A stretch of 64,000 bases of DNA from Alphaproteobacteria bacterium (GCA_045118155.1 JBGUXS010000078.1:443-64442); one strand, 5' to 3'. Positions 1 through 9,662 are shown, counted from the first letter of the stretch. Numbers and translations are program-made. Notes: generated from the letters alone by a model not told the origin.

Positions 1-608
1 TTCTATTTTACAATCTTAAGTATTATTTGGAATTTCCTTTACAAACTTTATTCCTTTGGCAAGGGGGGATGTCTTTTCATGGGGGCCTGATAGGGGTTAT
101 CATCGCAACATTTTTATTTGCTAGGAAAAAACATATTCCAGTCCTAGCTTTGGGCGATATTTTATGTTGTGTTGCCCCGATTGGTTTATTTTTGGGGCGT
201 CTTGCTAATTTTGTAAACGCTGAACTATATGGGCGTATTACGACATCCGTTCCATGGGCAGTTATTTTTCCTGGGCAAACCCTTCCCCGCCATCCTAGTC
301 AAATTTACGAAGCTTTATGTGAAGGGTTCATTTTGTTCTGTGTTTTAAACAGCCTCTGGTGGTTTTCGGCAAAATACCGAGAAAAAAATGGATTTTTCAC
401 AGGGCTGTTTTTCTTGCTCTATGGTTTAATGCGTTTTGGATTAGAATTTTTCAGAGAGCCCGATGCCCATCTTGGATTTGTATTAGGACGATTAAGCATG
501 GGGCAAGTTCTTTGTATTCCTATGGTTATAGGGGGACTTTATTTGATACGTAACGCCTCAACCAAAGTCCAATTCAAGCGTCTGGTAAAAAGGGGAAAAA
601 ATGACTAA
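1..608 (+). CDS. lgt: Prolipoprotein diacylglyceryl transferase, 5' end truncated by the window edge
   Basis: ORF 27..608 is open to the window start. It has the Lgt signature GRLANFVNAELYGR and multiple TM helices. Confidence 0.85.
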   Translation, partial: LFYNLKYYLEFPLQTLFLWQGGMSFHGGLIGVIIATFLFARKKHIPVLALGDILCCVAPIGLFLGRLANFVNAELYGRITTSVPWAVIFPGQTLPRHPSQIYEALCEGFILFCVLNSLWWFSAKYREKNGFFTGLFFLLYGLMRFGLEFFREPDAHLGFVLGRLSMGQVLCIPMVIGGLYLIRNASTKVQFKRLVKRGKND

Positions 609-1188
609 CTTTCGTCGTCGTTATACTTGGATTCAAAATATCGGACGTTTACTTAAAAAGAAGCTAATTATCCCCCTGTGGCGTTCGCCACATCCCCCAG
701 AATACAAAGCTCTAGGGGTGGCTATTGGGTTAGGATGGGCCATGACCCCTTTAGTTGGAGTACAAATGTACCTAGTCTGGATGACATGGTTAATCATGAA
801 AAAAGTCTTTAACAAACCATTTTCTTTGGCTTTGGGATTAGCTTGGACGTGGGTAACCAATGTTTTTACAATGGTGCCCATTTATTACGTTTTTTATCTA
901 ACAGGGCGGTTAATGATGGGAAAGGGGCTAACCGAAGATCATTCTGTTAAACAACAAATTGCAGCAATTTTTTTAGGTCCTCAATCCTTTGTTCAAAAAT
1001 GGGGAGATTTTTTCAAGGCTTTAATGAAAGAATGGGGTATTACAATGATGATGGGGTGTATCCCTTTTATTATTGCGGCTCTACTTTTAGGGTATTATGT
1101 AACTCTTAGGTACGAATCCTTACGAGAACATCATCGTCAATTACGTCAGCAAAAAAGGGAACAAAATGGAACAACCAGAAAATTTTAA
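601..1188 (+). CDS. Small polytopic inner-membrane protein (DUF2062-like)
   Basis: 195-aa ORF with 3-4 hydrophobic helices. It overlaps the lgt stop by 8 nt. Family assignment is from memory only. Confidence 0.5.
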   Translation: MTNFRRRYTWIQNIGRLLKKKLIIPLWRSPHPPEYKALGVAIGLGWAMTPLVGVQMYLVWMTWLIMKKVFNKPFSLALGLAWTWVTNVFTMVPIYYVFYLTGRLMMGKGLTEDHSVKQQIAAIFLGPQSFVQKWGDFFKALMKEWGITMMMGCIPFIIAALLLGYYVTLRYESLREHHRQLRQQKREQNGTTRKF

Positions 1189-1804
1189 GGATTTATCCCA
1201 AATTACGGGTTATTTTTTAAATAAGGAAGAATCTTTGACTGGGGCAGAAGATTTAGCCTTGATGAAACAAGTACACGGGTCAACTGTTCTGGTCATTGAT
1301 AAAGCACCGGATCCGGAAAATCCCCCCATGGCAGATGGTTTTATTACACAAACACCGGGATTAAAATTAGCGGTAAAAACGGCTGATTGTATTCCTTTAC
1401 TTATTGCTGACCCTTTACAAAAAACCGTTGGTGCCTTTCATGTGGGATGGAAACCAGGCCTCTTGGGTATTGTAGAAAGTGCTATCCTTACTTTTCAAAA
1501 ATTGGGGAGTCAACCTCAACATTTGGTCGCCGCTTTAGGGCCTGCTCTAGGGAAGCCAAGCTTTCCCGTCAGCAAAGAAATGATGCAACTGTATCCCGAA
1601 CCAGAACGCATTTTTTTTGAACAAAAGGAAGAAGGTATCTTTTTTGACAATACCGCCTATATCATCTATCGTTTAAAACGGGCAGGAATCCAAAATATTT
1701 GGGCCAGTTCCACTAACACTTACCGAGATTTGACCTATCACAGTTTTCGCCGTGAAAATGGGGCCAAAGGGCGACAATATAGTATTATTTTTCTAAATAC
1801 TTAG
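1166..1804 (+). CDS. pgeF: YfiH/PgeF laccase-domain protein (peptidoglycan editing factor / purine nucleoside phosphorylase-like)
   Basis: 212 aa with motifs HGSTVLVID and AFHVGWKPG typical of the DUF152/YfiH family. Confidence 0.75.
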   Translation: MEQPENFKDLSQITGYFLNKEESLTGAEDLALMKQVHGSTVLVIDKAPDPENPPMADGFITQTPGLKLAVKTADCIPLLIADPLQKTVGAFHVGWKPGLLGIVESAILTFQKLGSQPQHLVAALGPALGKPSFPVSKEMMQLYPEPERIFFEQKEEGIFFDNTAYIIYRLKRAGIQNIWASSTNTYRDLTYHSFRRENGAKGRQYSIIFLNT

Positions 1805-2142
1805 GGCATTTGATTTCGCATAAGGGCCAAAATGGCATCAAAATCATCATTTTCCGCAACTTGATTACGATGAGTTTTGTGACATGTTTGACATTGATAT
1901 AAAATATACATCTTCCCATTTTTTTGTTCCACACCAATAGGTTTTAATACTCCTTGACAAGGATTAGCCCTATCTCCCGGAGAAATATCAACGTGCTTAC
2001 TTGTCAGACATTTAGGACAATGATCGGTGTACCCATTTCCCTTCACAAATGTTCCACAGACACAACAAATAAAATCTTCTTGAGTTCGTTGAAAGCGCTT
2101 TACCATAAGAGGTATTTTAAGCGATTTATAGGTAAAATTCAA
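1801..2142 (-). CDS. Zinc-ribbon protein with several CxxC pairs (RNHCP-like)
   Basis: 113 aa with CCVCG...CPKC...CQTCHKTHRN. Convergent with pgeF. Confidence 0.45.
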   Translation of the reverse strand: MNFTYKSLKIPLMVKRFQRTQEDFICCVCGTFVKGNGYTDHCPKCLTSKHVDISPGDRANPCQGVLKPIGVEQKNGKMYILYQCQTCHKTHRNQVAENDDFDAILALMRNQMP

Positions 2143-2198
2143 TATTTTACTAGAAAAAAGCTTTTATTACGTGTATAATATATCCGAAAGGGTTTGGT

Positions 2199-3341
2199 AT
2201 GCAGAAAAAACGCACCTTTATTATTGGACTTATTTGGGGGCTAATCTTCTTTTGGTGGCTGCACAATTTTTTTTACTTGAATTGGTATTTTCGGTTTTAC
2301 AGTCCCAAAGCTTGGGTTTATTTACTTCATGAATTCAAGTACGGTTGGCGGGTACGGGCCGTTTCCGATTGGATCTTTATTTTTACCCTTATTTTCGCAT
2401 TACCTCTGTTTTTCTGGGGGTGGTATCTATGCTTAAAAATCAAATGGTTGGCTCTTTTTAAATGGATAAAAAAACAATTTTTAAAACTTACCAACAAAAA
2501 ATCAACTGTTGTAAAAAAACAAATGAAGTTAGCCGCTAAAAAAAGTGTGCAAAAAGAACGCCCCCCTGCCCTTGCAACCCCCAAAGTAACTAGTCCCGAA
2601 AAGAAAATGCAAAAAATGCCATCTTCTGCCATCAAAAAAGAAGAAATCGATTTAGATTTTTCTGCTAAAGAAGAATTTTTGAAAGAAGAAAACATTCAAA
2701 CGGCACCTCCTGCCAAAGAACATCGGGCCCCGGATCCACCAAAAGGGGGACCTTCTTTCCTATTTGAAGATGATGATATCCCGCAACAAAACAATGATGT
2801 TCGGGCCGACACACTGTTGTCTGAAATAAAAATGCCAGAACGAGAACGAACACAAGAAAATATCCCAGATATTATTCACGCGCATGGCTTTAAGCCCATC
2901 ACGGCCATTGTGCATCCAGATATTTCTTTTGCGGCCGTTTCTTCAGATACCCTTTTGGTTGCTTTTGTGGATGAAGAACCAGGAGATTGGCTAGCCGATG
3001 AAGAAGATTTTGAAGGGGAAGACCCCTTGTGGTTTTCAGAAAGTTTTCATCGGGTTTCCCCAGTTTTTAAACTATTAAAAGTTGCTAAAAAAATCAGGGC
3101 TCAGTTAGAAAATCAAGGACTTTCTCATAAAGTAATTCCTTACTTAATTGAAAAAATGGGAAATATTATTAACGTAGAAGATATGCAAGAAACGTGGAAA
3201 GAACTGGGGGTCATTGTCTGCCGAACAGATGTTGGGGGGGATGAAACATTACCCACAGTAGAAGCTTCTTTCCCGCAAGCAAAAGATGTTGCAGAAGCTG
3301 CTGATTTAGATATAATAAAAGAAATTTTAAAAAAGTTATAG
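2199..3341 (+). CDS. Hypothetical membrane-anchored protein (N-terminal TM helices, Lys-rich linker, acidic C-terminal domain); first gene of the virD4 operon
   Basis: 380-aa ORF preceded by a TATAAT box near 2172. It ends 10 nt before virD4. No recognisable domain. Confidence 0.5.
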   Translation: MQKKRTFIIGLIWGLIFFWWLHNFFYLNWYFRFYSPKAWVYLLHEFKYGWRVRAVSDWIFIFTLIFALPLFFWGWYLCLKIKWLALFKWIKKQFLKLTNKKSTVVKKQMKLAAKKSVQKERPPALATPKVTSPEKKMQKMPSSAIKKEEIDLDFSAKEEFLKEENIQTAPPAKEHRAPDPPKGGPSFLFEDDDIPQQNNDVRADTLLSEIKMPERERTQENIPDIIHAHGFKPITAIVHPDISFAAVSSDTLLVAFVDEEPGDWLADEEDFEGEDPLWFSESFHRVSPVFKLLKVAKKIRAQLENQGLSHKVIPYLIEKMGNIINVEDMQETWKELGVIVCRTDVGGDETLPTVEASFPQAKDVAEAADLDIIKEILKKL

Positions 3342-3350
3342 GGGGAAAAG

Positions 3351-5522
3351 TTGGGCGCCTCTGACGCGATGTACACCGAACGTAAAAAATATACGTACTA
3401 TGTGGCAGCTATCGTAGTACTGGCTCTTTTTGTATCTTGGATAATGCTGTTAATTACAATTCCTTTACAAGCTTTTATCCGTCAAGGGTTAGATATTGAA
3501 GCTTGGAATTACAGTGTTTCCTTTTGGACACATGCTTGGCATCCAAAAGTCATTTTTCAAGTCCTCAATAGTTGGTTTGATTCCCTAAAAACGTTAAAAA
3601 ATCCCCATTGGACTTTATATTTACCCTTTTTATCCTTTTTTATTGGCTTTATCGTTTTAGTGATAGGGCTAAAAAAGAATCCCTTTGAATACACACCAAA
3701 TATTTTTGGGAATGGACGTTTAGCCACTTATGCTGATGTCAAAAAAATGAAATTATTTACTGGGTTCTGCATCGTTTTGGGACGTTTTAAAGGCAAGTTA
3801 TTAAAAATGCCAGAAACCTTAGCGGCCTTAGTTGTTGCGCCACCGGGGACTGGTAAAACCGCTGGGGTGGTGATTCCCACCATTTTTGAATCCCCAGGAT
3901 TGAGTATTATTGTAAACGACCCTAAACCAGAATTATGTTATACCACAACCGGATATCGGGCACAACAAGGGCCTGTGTTCGTTATTAACTGGGGGGCCGA
4001 TGATGAACCAGAAAAAGGGATTTTCTTCCCTAGTTGGAATCCACTTTCTGCTTCATGCTTACCAGCACCAGGTCCCGCCAGAGATATGTACATAGACTCT
4101 ATGGTGGCTATTTTGGTAGAAGTTAATGAAAAAGATCCTCACTGGGGGAAAACTGGGCGAAATGCTATGTCTGGTTTTTTGAACTTTATCGCCAGTAAAT
4201 GTGAACGGGCACTTGCTAACGATTACTTTACTTCACGTTTAATGGACGATTTATTTGATGATGAAGACGCGGCCGTTTTAGAAACATACTATGCGGATAT
4301 GAACGATCCTGATACAGGGTCTGCTTTACAGGCATTAAAAAATGGGTCTATGACACGGGAATCTTACGTCCCTATCGGTACATGGGCGGGGCTACCTTCT
4401 GTTTGGCAAGGAAAAGAACCTTGTATTGCTATGATTTTGGACTGGCTGACGGAAATGCAAATGAAAATCAATGCCGATATTAAACGCCGTATGGATGAAG
4501 GGGATCAAATGGCGGCCATGGCAGACCCCATGCGGGATCTATTGGAAAGTGCCATCAGTGAAGCAGCCCGCTATGGCTATGCCAGACGTTCTGTCACAGA
4601 ACTCAATCAATTATCCGCCACACCGGATAAGGAACGGGGGTCTATTTTATCCACGGCCCTTTCTGGGATCAGTATTTTTAAAAACTCGGCAGTGCGTTCT
4701 AGAACTAAGTTCAGTGACATTACTTTCCGTGATTTACGTGGGATGCGTGATCCTATTACAGGGGAACAAAAACCTATTTCGGTTTATCTATCCGTTAACC
4801 AGGTAGATGCCCAAGCCTTAAATGTCATTACTGGGATTTTTGTTGAATTGATGAGCAGTTTCTTAATCGCGAACCCCCCAAATTTTGTTGGGGCAGGCGG
4901 GAAAAAGGCGGGACCATTTCCTGTTTTATTTGTGCTTGACGAGTTTCCACAAATGCCAAAATTGGATGCTGTGAAAAACGGGCCTGCCGTAGGGCGGGGA
5001 CAGAAAGTTTCTTATTTGCTCATTGGGCAGGATCTTGGACAGATTTCTGGTAAATACGGGAAAGATGATTTGGAAACAATCATTACAACAACAGCCGCTA
5101 AAGTCATTCTTTCTCAAAACAACGAACAAACCGCTGAACGTTTTACAAAAATGATTGGGACTAAAACGATTCAAGTAACAAGTTCTAGCCGAACTGAAGG
5201 GATTTCCAACCAAAATAACCCCTTTGCGGCAAACGTAAGCCGTTCCTACCAAAGCTCAAACGTGGTCCAAGTATCTGATATGATGAGCTTAGATATGCTT
5301 AAACAATACGTTTTATTCCAAGGATATCTAAACCATCCTATCTTAGCGGATGCCCCTCGTTATTACTTAGATAAAGTCATGCAAAAGAAAGCGGCCATTC
5401 CCCCTTCCCCATTTGTTCCGTATTGGATTGTAGCGCAACGGGAAGATACCGATTTAGAAACATTAAAAGCTTTGATGCAAGAGGAATTAGCAGATTTGGA
5501 TATTATCATAGAGGATGAATAA
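3351..5522 (+). CDS. virD4: Type IV secretion coupling protein VirD4/TraG
   Basis: 723 aa. N-terminal TM helices, Walker A VVAPPGTGKTAGVVIPT and Walker B LFVLDEFPQMP. TTG start with a GGGGG Shine-Dalgarno; an alternative ATG lies at 3369. Confidence 0.85.
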   Translation: MGASDAMYTERKKYTYYVAAIVVLALFVSWIMLLITIPLQAFIRQGLDIEAWNYSVSFWTHAWHPKVIFQVLNSWFDSLKTLKNPHWTLYLPFLSFFIGFIVLVIGLKKNPFEYTPNIFGNGRLATYADVKKMKLFTGFCIVLGRFKGKLLKMPETLAALVVAPPGTGKTAGVVIPTIFESPGLSIIVNDPKPELCYTTTGYRAQQGPVFVINWGADDEPEKGIFFPSWNPLSASCLPAPGPARDMYIDSMVAILVEVNEKDPHWGKTGRNAMSGFLNFIASKCERALANDYFTSRLMDDLFDDEDAAVLETYYADMNDPDTGSALQALKNGSMTRESYVPIGTWAGLPSVWQGKEPCIAMILDWLTEMQMKINADIKRRMDEGDQMAAMADPMRDLLESAISEAARYGYARRSVTELNQLSATPDKERGSILSTALSGISIFKNSAVRSRTKFSDITFRDLRGMRDPITGEQKPISVYLSVNQVDAQALNVITGIFVELMSSFLIANPPNFVGAGGKKAGPFPVLFVLDEFPQMPKLDAVKNGPAVGRGQKVSYLLIGQDLGQISGKYGKDDLETIITTTAAKVILSQNNEQTAERFTKMIGTKTIQVTSSSRTEGISNQNNPFAANVSRSYQSSNVVQVSDMMSLDMLKQYVLFQGYLNHPILADAPRYYLDKVMQKKAAIPPSPFVPYWIVAQREDTDLETLKALMQEELADLDIIIEDE

Positions 5523-6064
5523 TGACGGAAGATTTTAAGTTTGAAGATGGTCTAGGACAGGATTATTGGATTCGTGAATTTCATAAAATTCCCTTTCCAG
5601 GAATGGAATTGTTTGAAGTAACTTTTTTTAGACGTATAGAAGGGGCCTATGTGGATAAACATCAGCGCTTTAGAGAAATGGCCGTTGATTTTCTAAAAGA
5701 TTTAGGGAAAGAGGAAGAAGAACTTTATGCTTTTGAATTTTCTGAGGCCGAAGTCGCTTTGATTAAAAAAGGTCGTCTACCAGAAAATTATACTGTCCAT
5801 TTAAAATATCCTTTAGAATACGGTTGTGCATTGATCCCAGAACAATTTGTTTTGATGCCTATTGCCCCTTATTATCGGGATATTAATACTTATATCTTCA
5901 GACAACTTATAACCGATGAAGGAATTAAAAAGCCCCATCACCTTTATGTTCCCACACCAACAGGGCGTATTTATAAACCTTATTCTGGGGATGCAAGTGG
6001 CAGCGGTGGGAAAAGTAATACTTCCCAAATGGCGGCTATGTTTAACCAGGGGCGGGGGCGTTAA
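5522..6064 (+). CDS. Hypothetical 180-aa protein translationally coupled to virD4, with a Gly/Ser-rich, Arg-terminated tail
   Basis: Its ATG overlaps the virD4 stop (TAATG). C-terminus GDASGSGGKSNTSQMAAMFNQGRGR. No known domain recognised. Confidence 0.45.
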   Translation: MTEDFKFEDGLGQDYWIREFHKIPFPGMELFEVTFFRRIEGAYVDKHQRFREMAVDFLKDLGKEEEELYAFEFSEAEVALIKKGRLPENYTVHLKYPLEYGCALIPEQFVLMPIAPYYRDINTYIFRQLITDEGIKKPHHLYVPTPTGRIYKPYSGDASGSGGKSNTSQMAAMFNQGRGR

Positions 6065-6065
6065 T

Positions 6066-6524
6066 ATGAAATTAATACATGTTGTTTTAAAAGCTATTTA
6101 TAAAGATGCCGCTGTTGTTTTTAATCCTGTGGCTTTGACTGATGTTCAAAAGGCCTCTTTTGAAATTGTAAAAAATAAAGGGATTAAAATTCCTAATGAT
6201 TATGCTGCCTTTTTAACAGAAGTTGATGGATTATCCTGGAATGGATTGTATCTTTTTTCCTTAAATGAAAAGGAACGTCAAGATGGCGCTTTTGTGCACC
6301 CTGGCATTCTACAAACATACCATAAGGGCTTAAAAAATCCGATTTTTAAAAACAGGCTTTTATTAGGATACGGCCCTGAAGAAATCATTACATATCATGC
6401 GGGAAAAAAAGAATATCAAATCCTAAGTCAATATGATTACAGAATCCTAGTACGGCTTCCCCGCTTCTTTGATGTACTGTATCACTATACCCATGCTTTA
6501 TTTGAGGATGCCCCTAAGGACTAG
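6066..6524 (+). CDS. SUKH (SMI1/KNR4)-like immunity-type protein
   Basis: 152 aa. The segment IPNDYAAFLTEVDGLSWNGLYLFSLNE resembles the SUKH-1 core. It starts 2 nt after the previous stop. Confidence 0.45.
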   Translation: MKLIHVVLKAIYKDAAVVFNPVALTDVQKASFEIVKNKGIKIPNDYAAFLTEVDGLSWNGLYLFSLNEKERQDGAFVHPGILQTYHKGLKNPIFKNRLLLGYGPEEIITYHAGKKEYQILSQYDYRILVRLPRFFDVLYHYTHALFEDAPKD

Positions 6525-6931
6525 GACAAATCTTGCTTAACATGTGGCGTTTGCAAAAGTTCTTCAATGTGATCGGCCACTTCTAAGGAAGTATCTTTTT
6601 TAAAGATTAAATCTGGCACAATTCTTAACCGGATTTCTTTTCCAATGCGGTAACGAAAAAGGCCTTTATGTGCATTTAACAACTTCACTTGTTCATTCAC
6701 ATCAATTCCCCCGATACCATTTACAAAAACACTTGCGTAACTCAAATCTGGGGAAATGTTAGCTTGTGTGATTTGTAAAGCCCTTGGTTTTAAACCTGAA
6801 ATAAACAAATCCTCTTTAACCAACATCTGTCCAATTAGACGCCGAATGCTTTCTGAAACCCGAAGTTGCCGTTGTGATTGTTCTGACGTTTTCATAGAAG
6901 CTATTATACCTTTTTTTCTTGTTCCTTTCAA
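6521..6931 (-). CDS. rbfA: Ribosome-binding factor A
   Basis: RbfA-like core; the SESIRRLIGQMLVKEDL motif region is present. The true start may be the internal Met at about 6895. Confidence 0.8.
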   Translation of the reverse strand: MKGTRKKGIIASMKTSEQSQRQLRVSESIRRLIGQMLVKEDLFISGLKPRALQITQANISPDLSYASVFVNGIGGIDVNEQVKLLNAHKGLFRYRIGKEIRLRIVPDLIFKKDTSLEVADHIEELLQTPHVKQDLS

Positions 6932-6939
6932 GAATCTTT

Positions 6940-7680
6940 TTAGAACAAGTATCTAAGCCCCACCAAAACCGTCTGACTTTTATTTTCAACAGAAATCGGA
7001 GTTTTAGAAACTTTATCTGTCAATGAAATACGGCCTGGATCCATATAACGGTACCCTACATCTAAATCCAAATCCCGACCTAAATGTGTCGTGACACCGG
7101 CGGCTACATTCCAAGCCATTTTATACTTCCATGTTTCATGATTATAATGGTTCGTTCCTTTGTCTGATTGAACACGAATACGGGATTGGCTGACCCCGAT
7201 TCCTCCCCCAATATAAGGGCTAAAAGTATAAGAAGGGAACAAATCATAATAGGCATTCAAAAAATAAGTATTCATTTTAATATTGCTTGCCCGAACCCGT
7301 GTTCCATCATCCAACTTAAATACCGCATCCCTTTTCCCATGAGAATTATAGCTACCTTCAAGTTCCGTCCGCACATTTCCAAGCATTGTTTTGACTTGAA
7401 CCCCCAAAGCCCCGCTTAATTCCATCAGCTCATCCTTTTTTTTCTGAGATTGCCCCCCAATAGCGGGTTCAAAATCCCGTCCTTTATAGCCGATTTTTGC
7501 CTCAACATAAACCCGTTGACTAGGTTCCAAAGAATTATCTTTCAGACTCTCTTCCATATATTTGTTCTTATCATCCATCACGTAAAAATCAGTATCTCCC
7601 GCATAAGAGGCATAGTAGACACCAGCTTGTGCGTAATAACTTGACAAAACAAAAAAAGTAAAAATAAGCTTCTTCATCAT
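6940..7680 (-). CDS. Small outer-membrane beta-barrel protein (OmpA/Opa-like porin family)
   Basis: Signal peptide MMKKLIFTFFVLSSYYAQA. Alternating amphipathic strands rich in aromatic residues and Gly. The C-terminal residue is Phe (LVGLRYLF). Confidence 0.7.
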   Translation of the reverse strand: MMKKLIFTFFVLSSYYAQAGVYYASYAGDTDFYVMDDKNKYMEESLKDNSLEPSQRVYVEAKIGYKGRDFEPAIGGQSQKKKDELMELSGALGVQVKTMLGNVRTELEGSYNSHGKRDAVFKLDDGTRVRASNIKMNTYFLNAYYDLFPSYTFSPYIGGGIGVSQSRIRVQSDKGTNHYNHETWKYKMAWNVAAGVTTHLGRDLDLDVGYRYMDPGRISLTDKVSKTPISVENKSQTVLVGLRYLF

Positions 7681-7698
7681 TTCATCCTCCTAAACCAA

Positions 7699-9510
7699 TT
7701 AGTCCCGTGTTACTTCGGGAAGGGTAAAATTATTTTCATCAAAAACACAGTATGTTTCAACCCGGGCGCTTAACGTATTGTCCCCCAAAGTTCCCCCTGT
7801 AAAATTCGTGGAACCCGCCCCCGTAACATAGCCAACTTCTATCCCCCATACTCTGGCAATATCCGCTTCGGTTTCTGCCTTTGCTTTATGAACATTATTA
7901 ACAGCCACAGCCACCGTATAGCGCGACACATTTGCATTTGTGACATTTGTGGTAGATCCATTTGTTACACCTTCAAAACTGTTCAAAACGTCCTTTCCGG
8001 TTGTTCGGATCGGGGTAACCACCAAAGCGGCCTTATATCCGGCCGGGCATGCTGGCGTTGTCACATTTGCCCGCAAGCAATTGTTCGTATATCCACTACA
8101 GTTCCCTAAATTAGCTTCTGTCGTTAATTCGGTAATAGATTTTGAAACATAATTCGGCAAGATATCACTTAATCTCGCCCCACCACGAGAAGCCAACTTA
8201 ACATCATTCATCACAGACGTATAAGCTGGATCTACCTGATAATGATCATACGTTTCTGATTCATTAGCAGCTTGAGCATCCACAAATTCAACGGATGAAT
8301 CAATACCTTTTGCAGACACGACTGCATTTTCTACTAACTGACCATCTGCATCATAAGCATTCAGCGTAACTTTCCCCTTGGAAGATCCATCTGTGGCTTC
8401 TTCAGCTTCGGCCTTTAAGACATCACGTCCGGCACTATCTCTGGTAATAATCTGCCCATTAGCATTGACAATAACCCGACGTTTGCCCGTGGCATCATAA
8501 ACGGTCACTGCCCGCTTGTCATTATCCACAGGATCAGTGGAAATAACGGCCGTTGAAACAAAGGCTTGAATTGTTTCCCCATCGTTCACGGGATCATCCA
8601 TAGAAACCGCTTGACGTCCTACATGCAAATCATTGCGGACATAAACATTCCCCGGGGTTCCTGCCAATCCTTCATCCGTTCCGTTTTCAAGATGTTCTGC
8701 CCCTACCCAAAATAAGGGGGCACATTCTTCCCCTGCATCCAAAATTGTATAACCGGTTGCATCTTTTCTAAAGCAATTCGTATTTCCTTCGCCAATAGAA
8801 AAATAGCTCCAAGCATGCAAGTTTTTGAAAGCGGCTTCATCTTCTAAAGAAGAAAAGAGTGCCCCTTCATCAAATCCAGTAAATGCAACATAAGACGGGC
8901 TTACCACAGGTTCCATCATCAAAGATGCCCCTTCTAATTCCCAAGTTCCCATGGTGCCTACAAAATTATCCCCTTGGACGATACCCCCATCAGCCCCAAT
9001 CAAGGCAGCGATACTAGCCGCCCGCTTTAAATTCCATGTTCCTTGCGGCAGTGCCGATGCTTTAGGTAAGATAACTCCATAAAAAGAGGTCCCAACTTTT
9101 GCCCCTTCCGTATTTTCTAAATTTTTCCCAAAAAGGTAAAAATTGTATTTTTCAGCCGTACTTGATGTCAAAACATCCCCTGTGTACGTGTTATAGGTCA
9201 CTGGTAAGTATGTTGCCACATTTTTCCACAACGTGTTATATGAACAATTGGAAGTTTCTGTTCCAGACAATGCACAAACCCCACCACCGGCTGTGGCTAA
9301 TTCTTCAAGTTGCCTATGTTGCGTTTGGATAAAAGAGGAAAAAGCTTCCTTCATCGTACGCATTTCGGTCGCTACATTAACATTGGCTAGTTCCCGATTA
9401 CGTTGTGCCACTTGCCTATACAAAACAGGTCCCAACACCGCCAAGATCCCTAAGACGGCAATAGCTTCTATCATAATAGACCCAGATTGGGTTTTTACAG
9501 CTTTTTTCAT
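7699..9510 (-). CDS. Large (603 aa) type IV pilin-like / pseudopilin-like protein with a class III signal peptide
   Basis: N-terminus MKKAVKTQSG|SIMIEAIAVLGILAVLGPVLY has a basic leader, Gly at -1, Glu at +5 and a hydrophobic helix followed by Pro/Tyr. The Gly/Thr/Asn/Val-rich body has C-terminal Cys pairs. Confidence 0.55.
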   Translation of the reverse strand: MKKAVKTQSGSIMIEAIAVLGILAVLGPVLYRQVAQRNRELANVNVATEMRTMKEAFSSFIQTQHRQLEELATAGGGVCALSGTETSNCSYNTLWKNVATYLPVTYNTYTGDVLTSSTAEKYNFYLFGKNLENTEGAKVGTSFYGVILPKASALPQGTWNLKRAASIAALIGADGGIVQGDNFVGTMGTWELEGASLMMEPVVSPSYVAFTGFDEGALFSSLEDEAAFKNLHAWSYFSIGEGNTNCFRKDATGYTILDAGEECAPLFWVGAEHLENGTDEGLAGTPGNVYVRNDLHVGRQAVSMDDPVNDGETIQAFVSTAVISTDPVDNDKRAVTVYDATGKRRVIVNANGQIITRDSAGRDVLKAEAEEATDGSSKGKVTLNAYDADGQLVENAVVSAKGIDSSVEFVDAQAANESETYDHYQVDPAYTSVMNDVKLASRGGARLSDILPNYVSKSITELTTEANLGNCSGYTNNCLRANVTTPACPAGYKAALVVTPIRTTGKDVLNSFEGVTNGSTTNVTNANVSRYTVAVAVNNVHKAKAETEADIARVWGIEVGYVTGAGSTNFTGGTLGDNTLSARVETYCVFDENNFTLPEVTRD

Positions 9511-9536
9511 GTGGCATTACCCCCTAATTTTTTCCT

Positions 9537-9565
9537 ATTATACACCTTTTTTTATTAAAAGTCAA
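9537..9565 (-). promoter_or_regulatory. Consensus sigma70 promoter for the pilin-like gene: TTGACT, 17-nt spacer, TATAAT
   Basis: The minus strand reads TTGACTTTTAATAAAAAAAGGTGTATAAT, 27 nt upstream of the start codon at 9510. Confidence 0.55.
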
Positions 9566-9662
9566 GTATTTTTAAAAAATCCCCCCTCAATTCTCATTCA
9601 ATCACTTTCTGCTTGAGTTTTTTTAGAAAAGAACTATCCTTCAGGACAGGAAGAGGTGCTTT

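Noticed and set aside
359-553. 64-aa ORF overlapping lgt in another frame
   Set aside because: It is embedded in the well-supported lgt reading frame, so it is an artefact of alternate-frame translation.
5522-6524. orf180 and the SUKH-like ORF as a single frameshifted gene
   Set aside because: The stop and start are separated by 2 nt with a frame change. Both have start contexts, and the SUKH-like domain is complete on its own. Sequencing error cannot be fully excluded.
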